This document shows positions 12,912-24,289 of a stretch of DNA of 64,000 nucleotides, piece after piece. The notes beneath the pieces were generated by a model, which worked only from the letters and a program-made list of their open reading frames with translations, was not told the origin of the DNA and did not search any database. Made by a program: the position numbers and the translations under genes. Origin of the DNA: Blasia pusilla (Eukaryota); NCBI GenBank assembly GCA_050084515.1, contig CM114271.1, positions 3,720,001-3,784,000 on the forward strand, written 5' to 3'. Numbering within the stretch: position 1 is the first letter of the stretch; every line of letters begins with the position of its first letter.

Positions 12912-14560
12912 TGTTGAGGAGTAGGGTAACCAGCATGTGGATGTTTCCCCTTGGTTTGGGCTGAATTAGAGCCTATTTAAGGAACTTAGTATTTTGAGTA
13001 TATTCCCTATTTCATGAAATTTGACTTTACATATGTAGAAAGTCACATGTGACCCACTATTTTAGGTTTAGGGTCAAGGTGATCTATGTGCACATGAACC
13101 AGGTAGAGGGCTTGCAAGAGCGAAAGAATTCCTCAAGGAGAGAATGCTTGGAAGTTGTTAAAATTAGGGGTCCTACAAACCCATGAGGAATGAAGTGTGT
13201 TAAAGGCCACCTCACTTATATAAGCATAAACTTAAAGCCATAAGACCAACATATTAGTGAGGCTCTCTTCTTAGTCTTAAGGAGGTCCTTTTCTCTCCAT
13301 AAGTGTGTCTTCTCATTTCATAAATTGAATCATACTTAAAAGTTACTAAGGGTAATCTTGTCAATGGTGATAGAACTTAGCATTATTTTCTTTGTTTATT
13401 GTGCAATTGGATTTTTATCATTATATTAGAGCTATTTTTTAACGTTAGACTTGGTAATTGCTATGTTTCAAATGTTCTTCCATTGGTTTATGTTTCTTTA
13501 CTTTCCATAGTTTTTCTTTATAGGCTTTTTTTTCTTATTCTTCTTATCCAAAATAATAGTCTTATACCTAAGATGGACTTTTGTGTCTTTTCATTGGTAA
13601 AAAAGAGACTCTACATCGCTTTTATTTCATTTCCCATAACTATGGCTTCTTCTTCATTTGATCATTGCCTTGAAAGAAACTTTAGCACATGGTCTTTTTC
13701 TATGATGTATTTATTAAGTGCTCAAAAACTCTTTCAATATGTTGACGGAAAAATCGAGAGACCAAGTGAGGAAAAGGCTCATACGAGAGATAATTGGGAT
13801 GAGGAAGAGATGGAAGCCAGAGCGCATATTATTCTTCATATAAATCCATCACAACAAAGTTATATTAGAAAGTGTAGGATTGCGAAAGAGGTGCTTGAAG
13901 TCTCAGCTGAAATCCTTGAACCATTAGGTATTGCTACATAGCTTACTTTGCAAAAGAAGCTTTACAATCTTCGTTACACAAAGGGCGAGTCCATGGAGAT
14001 ATTTTTTCATCAAATCTTTGACCTTAGGGATGAGTACATTAAGATCAGTGGAGAAAGGAGCAAGTGGAGCATGACATGGCTCATGGTGAACATTTTACTA
14101 GAATCTTGGGATATATTGGTTCAATCAATGGAATCATGGAAGAGATTGTCGAAGAAGACAAGGCGTAAAGAGAAGAGCAAACCTTTAGCTTTCACTTTTT
14201 CGGTGCAATCGACAAGAAAACCCAACCAATGCAAGAAATATGCTAGGTTGGACCAGAGAAAGAAAAGTCGACAGGGAGGATCGAACTTAAAGTTGAAAAA
14301 CATATGTCGGGCTTGTCGATAAATTGGGCATTGGAAGGGTGATTCTAAATGCTCAAAATTGAGGAACTACACAACAATTGCAAGTGTAGTTATGGACATT
14401 TCAACACAAGAGATGGTCAAATGCATTTAGCTAAATGCACCAAGATCATTGGTAGATTTTATCTACATGGATTCTGATATCGATATGCATATCGAAGGGG
14501 ATTAAAGAAAGATCCAAAATTTGCATGAAAGTACATCAATCCAATTATAAGACTAGTATG
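12912..14560 (+). mobile_element. Decayed Ty1/copia element: probable LTR, gag, zinc knuckle and protease start
   Basis: ORFs 13399-13941 and 13948-14322 contain NFSTWSFSMMYLLSAQKLFQYVDG, WDEEEMEARAHIILHI and LQKKLYNLRY; then CRACR*IGHWKGD and YMDSD (a decayed DSG). A TGTTG start at 12912 and TGGTGATAGAAC near 13365 (like an iMet PBS) are tentative. Confidence 0.7.
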
Positions 14561-14629
14561 GAGGTATGAATAAATCATGCAGATCATGAGAGATGAATCT
14601 CACAATTTTGGATTCTAAGATAAGAATAT

Positions 14630-15012
14630 CATCTTTATAATACCATAAAAAATCCAAGCTAGACAAACTCCTATCCATCACTCTTAGAAACTCCGTATGG
14701 GTGTTCTTACATCCAAATAGTAAGAACCGCCACTAATATAAGCAATGTCTCCCAAACCAATGTATTCCCCAAAATGTTGTCTTCTTCCTTTCCTCCATCT
14801 TCATAAGAAGCTAATGAGAGCCACCATGGAGATCTAAAGTACTCAAGATCTTTGCATGCTCTATCGCATCAAAGATCTCCTCAAGAGTAGGCATGGCATA
14901 CAGATCTAACCTCGTATGCCGGTTGATACAATAGTAATCGCAACATATCGGTCTATCTATCCAATTGCCATACATGTTCTTCTTCGTTGGCATGACTGTG
15001 GCAAATGCATAC
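14630..15012 (-). pseudogene. RT fragment of an older family-A-like copy (left part of the target into which 15013-23618 inserted)
   Basis: Homologous to 17070-17420 (MPTKKNMYGNW..YAMPTLEEIFDAIEHAKILSTLDL). It resumes at 23619 after the ATAC duplication. Confidence 0.85.
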
Positions 15013-15440
15013 TGTCGTGCGCATACATATCGCTGGTCACATCTACACCACACAACACCGATCTTCCCCACACACGGGTCGATCCACACATGTACAAAAA
15101 TCAACTCATACATATACATGGAGATCAAACAACAAAAAAAAGAGTAGTAAAAACGGCACACCTGGCCTAAAACTCCACTCCGCAATCTACATCGGCATAT
15201 CGAGCCTCATCCACCCTTTGCTATCAAGGAATCCGGACGCTAGCACCCTAGTCCTATCTCACACACATACAAGAGAGGTGCTCCAACAGCCCAACATGAG
15301 AAAGATGGCTTAGGAAATCCATCTTCCTCTCTTATATAGAGTTGGGAAGAGCCAAAAGGCTCTTCCCCCAAAAATATCCATCCACTTGGTAACCTGCGCG
15401 CACAGGTTATCAGGGGCGGTGACCTGGTCAACAAGTCATC
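15013..15440 (-). repeat. Family A 3' terminal repeat (partial) plus unique terminal segment 15013-15135
   Basis: 15137-15440 matches 23148-23446 directly and 15612-15915 as an inverted copy; 15013-15135 has no counterpart in the 5' copies. Confidence 0.85.
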
Positions 15441-16287
15441 AGTCACATCTGAGTAGCCGATATGCCGAGATCTATCGTGGATAGGGCGAAGGAGCCAGCG
15501 GACTATCTTGAGTGTAACTTTGTCCCACGGTGTCGGATGAGGTTGAGGATAGGTCCATTGTGTCGGGAACGTTGTTTCTCACAACTTTCATGTTGAGGTC
15601 TTTTACAGCCAGATGACTTGTTGAATAGGTCATCCACCCCTGGTAACCTATGCACGCAGGTTACCAAGGGGAGGGCTATTTTTAGGGGAAGAGCCTTTTG
15701 GCTCTTCCCAACCCTATATAAGAGAGGAAGATGGCTTTCCTAAGCCATCTTTCTCATGTTGGGCCGTTGGAGCACCTCCCTTGTATGTGTGTGAGATAGG
15801 ACTAGGGTGCTAGCGTCCGGATTCCTTGATAGCACAGGGTGGACGAGGCTCGATAGGCCGATGTAGATTGAGGAGTGGAGTTTTAGGCCGGGTGTGCCGT
15901 TTTTACTACTCTTTATTTTTACATGAGACAGATGTCAGGGGGCTGATGGGAATTCGTTTTTTGCAGGTAGGCAAGCGAGTTGCCTTGGTCGGGAGCCCCT
16001 GGAGACGCGTGTGTTGCGGGTGTTTGTCATTTTTCTGTTTGGAAGGCCGTGGGCGGAAGCGCTGTCCGTTTTTCTTAGATTTTTTTGGTGCACAGGGATT
16101 GGGGACAGCAACAGAGTGAAGTACGGAGTGGGCGTCGGGTGTACGTGAGTGAGGGTGTCAAGAGAGAAAAGAAAAGAGAGTTAGGGCATTGCAGCCACCG
16201 GGGGCGCTGACGGGCGTTTAGGTCAGCGGGCGCTGGCAGACGGCGGCGGACGGCAGACAGCGGCGGACAGCAGACGGCGGGCGCGAC
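15441..16287 (+). mobile_element. Inverted family A 5' end (terminal repeat plus leader) replacing the integrase region
   Basis: Starts (A)GTCACATCTGAGTAGCCGA and is colinear with 61608-62480; joins the RNase H coding end at about 16288. Confidence 0.85.
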
Positions 16288-16907
16288 ATGGGTTACGACT
16301 CAACCCATCCCCATCCTGGTTCAGCCGACCTAGCCTATGAACCACCTCAAACTCATACTCCTGTAGTAATAGAGCCCACATGGCAAGCTTTCCCGTAATC
16401 AGTGATAAGTGTGAAAGGATTGCCAAATAAATAGCACTTGAAATGTGCCAGGGCCCACACTGCAACCAAGCACTCTCCCTCGTAGGAGTTGTACTTTGCC
16501 TCTGCAATGTTGTTCGATCGGCTCGTGTAAGCCACAACGAACTCCCTCTCCTTGTCATCCCTCTGAGTAAGCATTGCTCCTAGACCCAACATGCTCCAAT
16601 CCGTATATAACTGGAATAGGCGACCCCTAACCGGTCTCTGTAAAATGGGTGAGGACGTCAACCTGTCCTTGAGCTCCCAAAATGCTTGCTCCTGATCATC
16701 TCCCCACAACCAAACCTGATCAAGTCTCCTCAACAAGGTCAAAGACTTTGCGATCGCACTAAAACCCTTGACATACCGTCGATAGAAGTTCGTCAGTCCA
16801 AGAAATGCTCGGTCTCGACTCACATCTGTAGGGCATGGAATCTGCGCAATAGCCTCTATCTTCGTCTGCTGAACGCCTAACCCACTCGGGTATATGGTGT
16901 GTCCCAA
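16288..16907 (-). pseudogene. Gypsy RT connection and RNase H (frameshifted near the end)
   Basis: YLGHTI, RAFLGLTNFYRRYVKGFSAIAK, LYTDWSMLGLGAML, YNSYEGECLVAVWAL, WALLLQEYEFEVVHR, DGLSRNP. Confidence 0.92.
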
Positions 16908-16910
16908 GTA

Positions 16911-17690
16911 CTAAATCTGCTCTTGAAAGAATATGCACTTGCCTAGATGTAACTTCAGTCCATGTAACTCCAATCGCCGCAACACCTCCTCCAGGTGTCG
17001 CTCATGCTCCTCAACCGTGGAACTGAAGATAAGAATATCATCTATGTAACATCGTACAAAATCCAAGCCAACTAGAATCCTATCCATCACTCTGTGAAAC
17101 TCTGCAGGCGCGTTCTTCAACCCAAATGGTAAGAACCGCCACTGATACAAGCAATCTCTCCCAAACCAATCTATCCCCCAAAATGTTGTCTTCTCCGTGT
17201 CCTCCAACCTGATGGGAAGCTGATGATAGCCAGCACGGAGATCTAAAGTACTGAAGATATTTGCATGCCCTACCGCATCAAAGATCTCCTCAAGAGTAGG
17301 CATGGCGTATCGATCTGATCTCGTCTGTCGGTTGATAGGACGGTAATCTCCACACATCCGCCTATGTGTCCAATTTCCATACATATCCTTCTTCGCCGGC
17401 ATGAATGTGGGAGATGCATACCCCCCATGTGATAACTCCACAAGTCTTGCTTCCAACAAGTCCTGACTCCTACCCCGAATCAAGGCTCGCTCCATATCGG
17501 AATACCTGTAGGGTCGACGAAAGATTGGCGTATCACTAGCCAACTCAATACGTATCCCGGGACCCTTTAGCGTACCCAAGTCTCTCATACTAAAGGCAAA
17601 ACAATTGACATGCCCTCTTAGAAACCTATGAACTCGCCGTCGCTCTCCTCCTATCAACTTGAGACCTATCACAGGCTCCCAAGTCTCCAT
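16911..17690 (-). pseudogene. Ty3/gypsy reverse transcriptase
   Basis: RMCGDYRPIN, FSTLDLRAGYHQL, LPFGLKNAPAEFHRVMD, YIDDILIFS; same frame as the upstream DNMT and the downstream RNase H. Confidence 0.95.
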
Positions 17691-17969
17691 TGTGACCTCA
17701 CTTGGAGAGGACGCAACCTCCGCCTTTGGTTGCTATGTAGCAACCCTAGCCACCTCCGCAAGAGCCTCTCCACTCTGACATCCTACACCATGCTCCACAT
17801 CCAAAAAATGAACATGTGCTACTCTGGCCGCCTTCGCACTCTCCGCTCGAATGACATCCCAGGACGTCCATGGGTGCCTATCTCTCCTCGTCTCGCCCCC
17901 ATCCAATGCCTGTACAGACGCTGTAGGCAATGGTCCAACTCGTGGACGTGACGGCATCGATGACACTCA

Positions 17970-18945
17970 AATCTGTCTCTGCTCAGCCATACCTAGGCTG
18001 ACTATCCATGTGAGACAATTGAGGTCCATCGCCTGCCCCAACACTTGTCTCCGGGATGCCTCAGTCATCCCTGGCACCGTCGTAGTACCTGTAACGAACC
18101 CCATGGCGCACTCGCGCTCATCTGCTGTAGGCTCCTCCAATGCTCCGGTCACCTCATCCCAAATCATGCTTGGCCCACCTTGACGAAAGGCATGGGATGC
18201 TGGGAAGCTCACCAACGTAGGTAAGGCTGCCCTCAACTCCCCCACCCTATTGGTCATGGCCAACAGTGGTCTATCATCCCGTGTCACCACCTGAGATCGA
18301 CGCCCTGAGCCCAAAATAGCATCCCCTGTGAGATCTGGTGCTCTCTGGACTCCATCGTATGCTCGACTCAATACCTCTAATGGTATCAGGTTCGTCCACC
18401 ACAGTCATGGACGATGGGCACGTGATCCAACTCTCGCTGCATCTAACAACACAGCAAGTCCCAACCAGGACCTCACCTGATGCACACTCGTCATTACACG
18501 TGCATGAGTGTCCCCCAACAACGGCACGTTCTCCAAAATGTACGTTGGAGAACATGTCTGACTCTCCTGCAAGTGTCGTACTACTCGCAGCATCTTCCAA
18601 AACATCCCTGACCTCGGATCCTGCAATCCAAATCCTCGGCCAGCTGATGAATGACCTTGACATGGCCATCCAGCAATAACCAAATGAATGGTGCCAACTC
18701 TATCCAAATCCTACGCCCCCACCAAAGAGATGTCGGCGGGTAGTGTATGTTGATATCCTTGTACTACAGATACCAGCAACGACTCAGGATACCTCTGGAC
18801 CAATCTTGCCACGTGACGTAATGATACTTGCCCCGCGGTCTCATCTCTCTCCACATAAAGGTACTGATGCACCCGTATGCCCACCTGCAATACTGCAGCC
18901 AATCCGGTGCTTATCCCTCCAAAGAGATCTAACACCCTAACACCC
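17970..18945 (-). pseudogene. DNMT3-like cytosine-5 DNA methyltransferase domain within pol (two internal stops)
   Basis: Motif I VRVLDLFGGIS, II YVERD, IV HLVIAGWPCQGHSSAG (PC at ~18660), VI YILENV (~18530), VIII AHRP*LWWTN, IX ERECAMGF, X SRRQVLGQAMD, in canonical order and one frame. Confidence 0.92.
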
Positions 18946-19289
18946 TCCTCTGGGCACTGCCACACAACGGGTGTGGTATCTAGTGGGGTCAACGTCTCCA
19001 CTCCAAGAGCCCGATCACCACGTGACTCTTGCTGCTCCGGGATAAAGGCATGACTCCATGCCTGCCTCACGAGGTCGTCAACACTCCTCTGTAGCTCTCG
19101 AGTCGTACCCCACAATGGTGAAGAGGTCTCGCCAACATGGGAAGAGACACCCGCCATGGCCTGTCTCTCAGTGGGACTATCTGCTAATGGGACATCCTCC
19201 GCATGTGCGTTCCCCTCCAACAACTCTCATGGCCAGCTAACACTACCTGTGAAAGCTGCCAACGTGGTCATAGACTCACCTCGTGATCA

Positions 19290-19760
19290 ACCACCTCGTC
19301 CCGCAAATTGCACGGATAACTGACTCATCCGCCCATCACCTAACCGCCACCCTGGCCGATAAGCAACGGTCTCCTCCCAAAAGTCAAGGATGAATCCTAG
19401 GGGATATAACATTGTACTCCCCACCAACACATCGTACGACTCATCTGGTGTCGTAATCGCACGTGTGCGCACCATAGAACTATCCGTCGCATGCTCTGGC
19501 TGGACTCTGACAACTTTTTCCTGTCGATTCATATACTACGTGGGTGACACGCCCCCAATCAAGGTCTGTATGTGGAAGGGACAAGGCTCAATGTCGGCCT
19601 TCCGTAACCCCAACGCTAAACACGCCGCCTTCCCTAACATCAAGGGTTGCGCTCCCGAATCAAGTAGGACATGCTGCGGGTGGTATACTTTCCCCGTCGG
19701 ACTAACCAAGCAAAATTCTCCAGCTTGATTATCCAGTAATACTACTCCAGGTGTCACCAC
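19290..19760 (-). pseudogene. Retroviral-type aspartic protease
   Basis: VLLDSGAQPLMLGK active-site motif and downstream YDVLVGSTML; same frame as DNMT and RT. Confidence 0.8.
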
Positions 19761-20109
19761 TGCTCATTCTATGGCCGGTTGAGCTGGCAGATCTACCAAC
19801 TTTTCCGCCGCCGCATGCCATGACTCTGTGGGGAACGTCCCGAGCACCAGCTCTGAGGGCAAGTCCACCACCTCCTCAACTACCTCTGAGGAGGTGGTGG
19901 ACTTCCACCTCTCCACGCTCACACAACATGGCGGCCAGCCGGAACACCTCAGCTGATCCAACTTCCAACGTCGCCAACTCTATGGTGGAGAATAGTGGAA
20001 TCTGACTCACTCTGGTGGCCACCTTCAACACTATGGTTGATACTGACTCCACTCGAGCTGGCATAGGAGTTGTCACTCCAACTCCTCATGACGTCTACGC
20101 ACCTGCCTG

Positions 20110-21670
20110 AGCTATAGGCACCGCTGGTTTTCGAGGCACCATCGATGGTGTGTGTAGTGCCTCCGACAATGTGAATGACTGTGGAACCCTGGCCTCCCGC
20201 CCATCAGTCCCCTCTAGTGGGTCAATCTCAACTCCACCTCTCGATGGCTTGGTGCCTCTCGCAGCACCCTAAGTCACCACTGCAATTGCCTCAACGTGGA
20301 CTACACTACACATAAACACCATACTGGCGAGATCCTCACCCGGGTCAGGGTAAGAGGTAGAAGCTGGAGTCACACTAGCTGCTCGCAGCTCCGTGCCTTC
20401 CCTAAGCTGCATCATCGTCATGGCAACAATCCTTTGCTCCAACTGATTGATGTGTGAGAGAAGTGACGGCTCTGGTGCTCCTGCTCCATCTCCTCTGGCT
20501 GGTGGTGGTGCTCTACCACCACGTCCAAGAAGGACTCCCCGACCTCCTCGAGGACGACCGCCCCCAGGCCCTCGGCCTACCTCTGGACGTGCATCTCGGC
20601 GAAGGTCAAAACATCTATCCCTAGTGTGACTATATGTGTGGCAATAGTCACACTGGGGCTGTGGTGGGGCCATCCTCTATGGTTCTTGAGCAATCAGAGG
20701 CGCTTGTGGTCCTCTTCCATGTTGTGGGCAATCTCTCTGCCTATGGGCCCCTCCACACGTCCAACAAGACCACATCGGTCCCTGTTGGGCAACATATGTA
20801 GGTACGGGTCATTGCCTCATAGGCTCACGATGCCTGACCCGCTCTCTGGGCACACCGGCCCGCTCCCGTGGTACTAGTGCTGGCTGTGGCACCTGTGGGG
20901 TCATTGTCGCTCGTGGACCCGTCGACTCTCGAGAAAATCCAGCGGTCACTACCTGCTCCTCACTCATGTTGAGCTCAATACGCTCAAAAAACTCAAAGAC
21001 CACCTTCAATATGGGCTTCACAGTGTGAATTAGCACCGCATCTCGGACTCTCCTCCGTATTTCTTGGCCCAGAACCCCGTACCAATACTGGACTGACTAC
21101 ACCTCAGTCACTCCATACGTAGCGATGATCAGCCTCCTCATGCGTGTGAATGCCTCTCTCAGACTCTCATCCGATCGTCGCTGAAAATCCTGTAGACTCT
21201 TCAGCTTGTCGTGCGTACGCTCTAGTAGCTCTTCCCCAACTGGCGGAAGAACTCCACTGTGGGGCTAAAGCTCGGTGACCCTCTACCACAAGAGGTCTCT
21301 GCCACATCGCCTATCTCACTTCCCTCCTCTCCATCTAGTCTCCGGGATGATGGTGTGGGTCTATCTCCTCTCACAATCCCATCATATGCCTCGTGACCAC
21401 TAGTGGACACATACCATGAAGCCCAATACGTCCTCCAAGCATCGATCTCTACTGAATATAGTGATCAAAACTCCATGTAGTCATCCATCGTAGGACCCTC
21501 CAAGTGCTGGAACAACCCCTTCCATGCCATGAAAGGGTTGAACCGTGTCGGGTCCGTATCTCCTAGAAGTCGCACCACGTGTTGAACTCTTGGATAAAAT
21601 CATCTAAGTCGATGGTGCGCACTGCAACCGAGAAATGACACATGCCCCGATGGCCCATGTCGTCCATCTC
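20110..21670 (-). pseudogene. gag of family A with CCHC zinc knuckle
   Basis: CDYCHTYSHTRDRC (CX2CX4HX4C) at ~20610-20652 followed by an RGG-rich tract; the N-terminus is homologous to 63437-64000 and 29700-30595. Confidence 0.8.
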
Positions 21671-23145
21671 CTGCCAAGTGATACTGCCTCCGTCTGCGAT
21701 CTCGTCACCAGACCCAATGTCTAGTGATGACGATCCACCCACGGATGGATATCAAGGTAGATCCTAACTGGTAACCCCTCGGTATCTCACTCCGCTCCGT
21801 GTGACTCCACTACTACTGCTCGCACTACCCCGTTCTTCCGAACCTTGGAAGAACGCTATGATGACAACCCTGTCTCACCCGCTCAAGCACTCAGACTCAC
21901 CGAGAGTCTCCCACAATCCTCACTAGCTCACCTATGCTAATATCAATCTTGTGATGACATACCCGGCCTCACGCACACTCAACACTCGGGCTCACCATGA
22001 GCCTCCCAACTGACTCACCTAACCTAGCGATACTCTCTCGGGCCATACACGCGACCCCTACTCGGCAACTGCCGTATATCCACCAACATGCTACACATGA
22101 AAAGAATCTACACTCGTCACCATCATTGCACCCACCTAGCACCAGCTACTACTCGATATCCAACTCTCTCAATCACATATGACAAGTGCGGGAAAAGGGA
22201 CTCGAATGGGTAACCTGATCACGCCCTCCAACCTACGGTATTGTCAACATGCACTCCCCCATGTGACACGGCAACCTCATGACTGACAAACTCCCGTCGC
22301 AAATCCCATCCACGCTTGCGAATCACCAAATGCAGAAACGAGCTGCGACTGCACCACTCGCCTCAACCACGTCCAATTGCTCAACCTCGTAGCCTGAGTC
22401 AACCTGGTATGGCTCCACTCCTACCACGTATGCCCTTTCCGGCCCCATCAACATGACCCCGACCACATCCGGCCATCCACGTCCGTTGTCCAACTATGTA
22501 GGTCACTTACCACGTCGGTATCCTCACCGCCACCACGTTACCTAAATGGGGGGGGCCTTGGCTCACACCCCTATGGCTCCTTGGGCCCTAAATGCGGGGG
22601 GGGGGCCTTACAGGCCCACCTTATGGCGCTTCAATGGGATGGCGCGCAACCCTATGCGGGCCTCCCAACTGTGGGAAAGGGGGATAAATGCAGGGGGGGG
22701 GGGGCTTACGGCCTCCCCAAATTGCGGGAAAGGGGTGCGTCTCGCAGCCTCTCCGCCTCCGCGCTCGGCTGCCTCCGCCTCCGCCTCTGCACCCTAAACC
22801 TAGCCGCGCCTAGCCCTAGCCATCCTTGCAACCCTAGCCTTGGCGGCTATAAACTCTCAACGTTTCCTTTCTACACTCCCGCCGTGCACCGTTCTCTCGA
22901 CGCTCCAACACTCTGCGTTGCACTCGAACGCTCGTGCATAACCCCCACTCTGTTTTTGTCCCTCGTTAATTCGCACCAACAAAATCTGAGAAAAAACGGA
23001 CAGCGCTTCCGCCCATGACCTTCCGAACAGAAAAATGACCAACATCCGCAATACATGCGTCTCCAAGGCTCTTGACCAAGGCAACTCGCTTGCCTACTTG
23101 CAAAAAACGAATTCCTACCAGCCCCCTAACATCTTTCTCATTTAA

Positions 23146-23618
23146 AAATAAAGAGTAGTAAAAATGGCACACCCGGCCTAAAACTCCTCAATCTACATTG
23201 GCATATTGAGCCTCGTCCACCCTGTGTTATCAAGGAATCCGGATGCTAGCACCCTAATCCTATCTCACACACATACAAGAGAGGTGCTCCAACGGCCCAA
23301 CATGAGAAAGATGGTTTAGGAAAGCCATCTTCCTCTCTTATATAGGGTTAGGAAGAGCCAAAAGGCTCTTCCCCCAAAAATAACCATCCCCTTGGTAACC
23401 TGCACGCACAGGTTACTAGGGGCGGGTGACATGGTCAACAAGTCACGCGGCTGTGAAATACCTCAACATGAAAGTTGTCAGAAACGAAGTTCCTGACACA
23501 ATGGACCTATCCTCAATCTCATCCGACACCGTGGGACAAAGTTGCACTCAAGATAGTTCGTTGGTTCCTACACCCTATCCACGATAGATCTCGGCCTATC
23601 GACTACTCAGATGTGTCA
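23146..23618 (-). repeat. Family A 5' terminal repeat (~470 bp) with TATA box
   Basis: Reverse complement of 15441-15915 and 61608-62088; CTATATAAG on the minus strand at ~23337-23345. Confidence 0.9.
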
Positions 23619-23800
23619 ATACTCCCCATGAGATAACTCCATAAGTCATGTCTTCCAAAATTCCTAACTCCTATTGTGAATCAAGGCTCGTTCCATGTCG
23701 GAATACCTGTAGGGTCGACGGAAGATCGGCGTATCACTAGCCAAATCAATCCGTATCTCGGGACCCTTCAAAGTACCCAGGTCTCTCATAATGAAGGAAA
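23619..23800 (-). pseudogene. Continuation of the older copy's RT (right part of the target)
   Basis: Homologous to 17418-17600; joins 15012 seamlessly once the insertion is removed. Confidence 0.85.
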
Positions 23801-23802
23801 AA

Positions 23803-24285
23803 AATCCAACATTGTTGGGAGACACTCGTGCAAAGTTGATGACGAGTTTGTATTAGGCAGGTCGTGGTTGGGACCTACCGAATTGTTGGATGCGGCGAGA
23901 GTTGGATCGCGCGCACATCATCCATAATTATGGTGGACAAAAATTCTACAATCGAAGGTATTGAAGCGAGCTTATGATGGAGTTCAAAAAGCACCACACT
24001 TGACAATGGATATTATCTTGGGTTTCGGGCGTCCGTCTCAAGTGGTGACACAGAATGATAGGCCATCGTTGGTGGTAGCCAATAGGATGGGGGAGTTGAG
24101 GGCAACCTTACCTATGTTGGTGAGCTTCCCAAAATCCTATGTCTTTCGTCAAGGAGGGCCATGCATGATTTCGGATGAGGAGACCCAAGCACCGAAGGAG
24201 CCCATTAGTGATGAGTGTGAGCGCTCCATGGGGTTTGTTGCGAGCACTACGGCGGTGCTAGACATGATAGAGGTATCACGCCCCA
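23803..24285 (+). pseudogene. Second DNMT fragment (from just after motif VI to the start of motif X), inverted within the older copy
   Basis: LLDAARVGSRAHHP*LWWTK, RAYDGVQKAP, LPMLVSFPKS and DECERSMGFV align with 18050-18525. Confidence 0.88.
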
Positions 24286-24289
24286 AAAA

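Larger units (their letters stand above)
15013..23618 (-). mobile_element. Ty3/gypsy-type retroelement, family A, carrying a DNMT3-like methyltransferase (gag-PR-DNMT-RT-RH; integrase region lost)
   Basis: Minus-strand ends TGACACATC...GCGCACGACA; TSD ATAC at 15009-15012 and 23619-23622; domains listed separately below. Confidence 0.92.

Noticed and set aside
17970-18945. Host DNMT3 gene or bacterial restriction-modification contaminant
   Set aside because: It is intronless, in frame with PR and RT, inside TSD-bounded termini, and repeated in other element copies.
15441-23618. DIRS-type element with ~850-bp inverted terminal repeats
   Set aside because: The TSD-defined ends are 15013 and 23618. 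It has an aspartic protease and gypsy RT, no tyrosine recombinase is seen, and the MTase is C5-type rather than the Dam-like domain of DIRS. The inverted arm is better explained as a nested or rearranged 5' end.
8658-23618. Functional chromatin cluster of ASH2L plus DNMT
   Set aside because: The DNMT is on a decayed multi-copy mobile element; adjacency is most simply chance.
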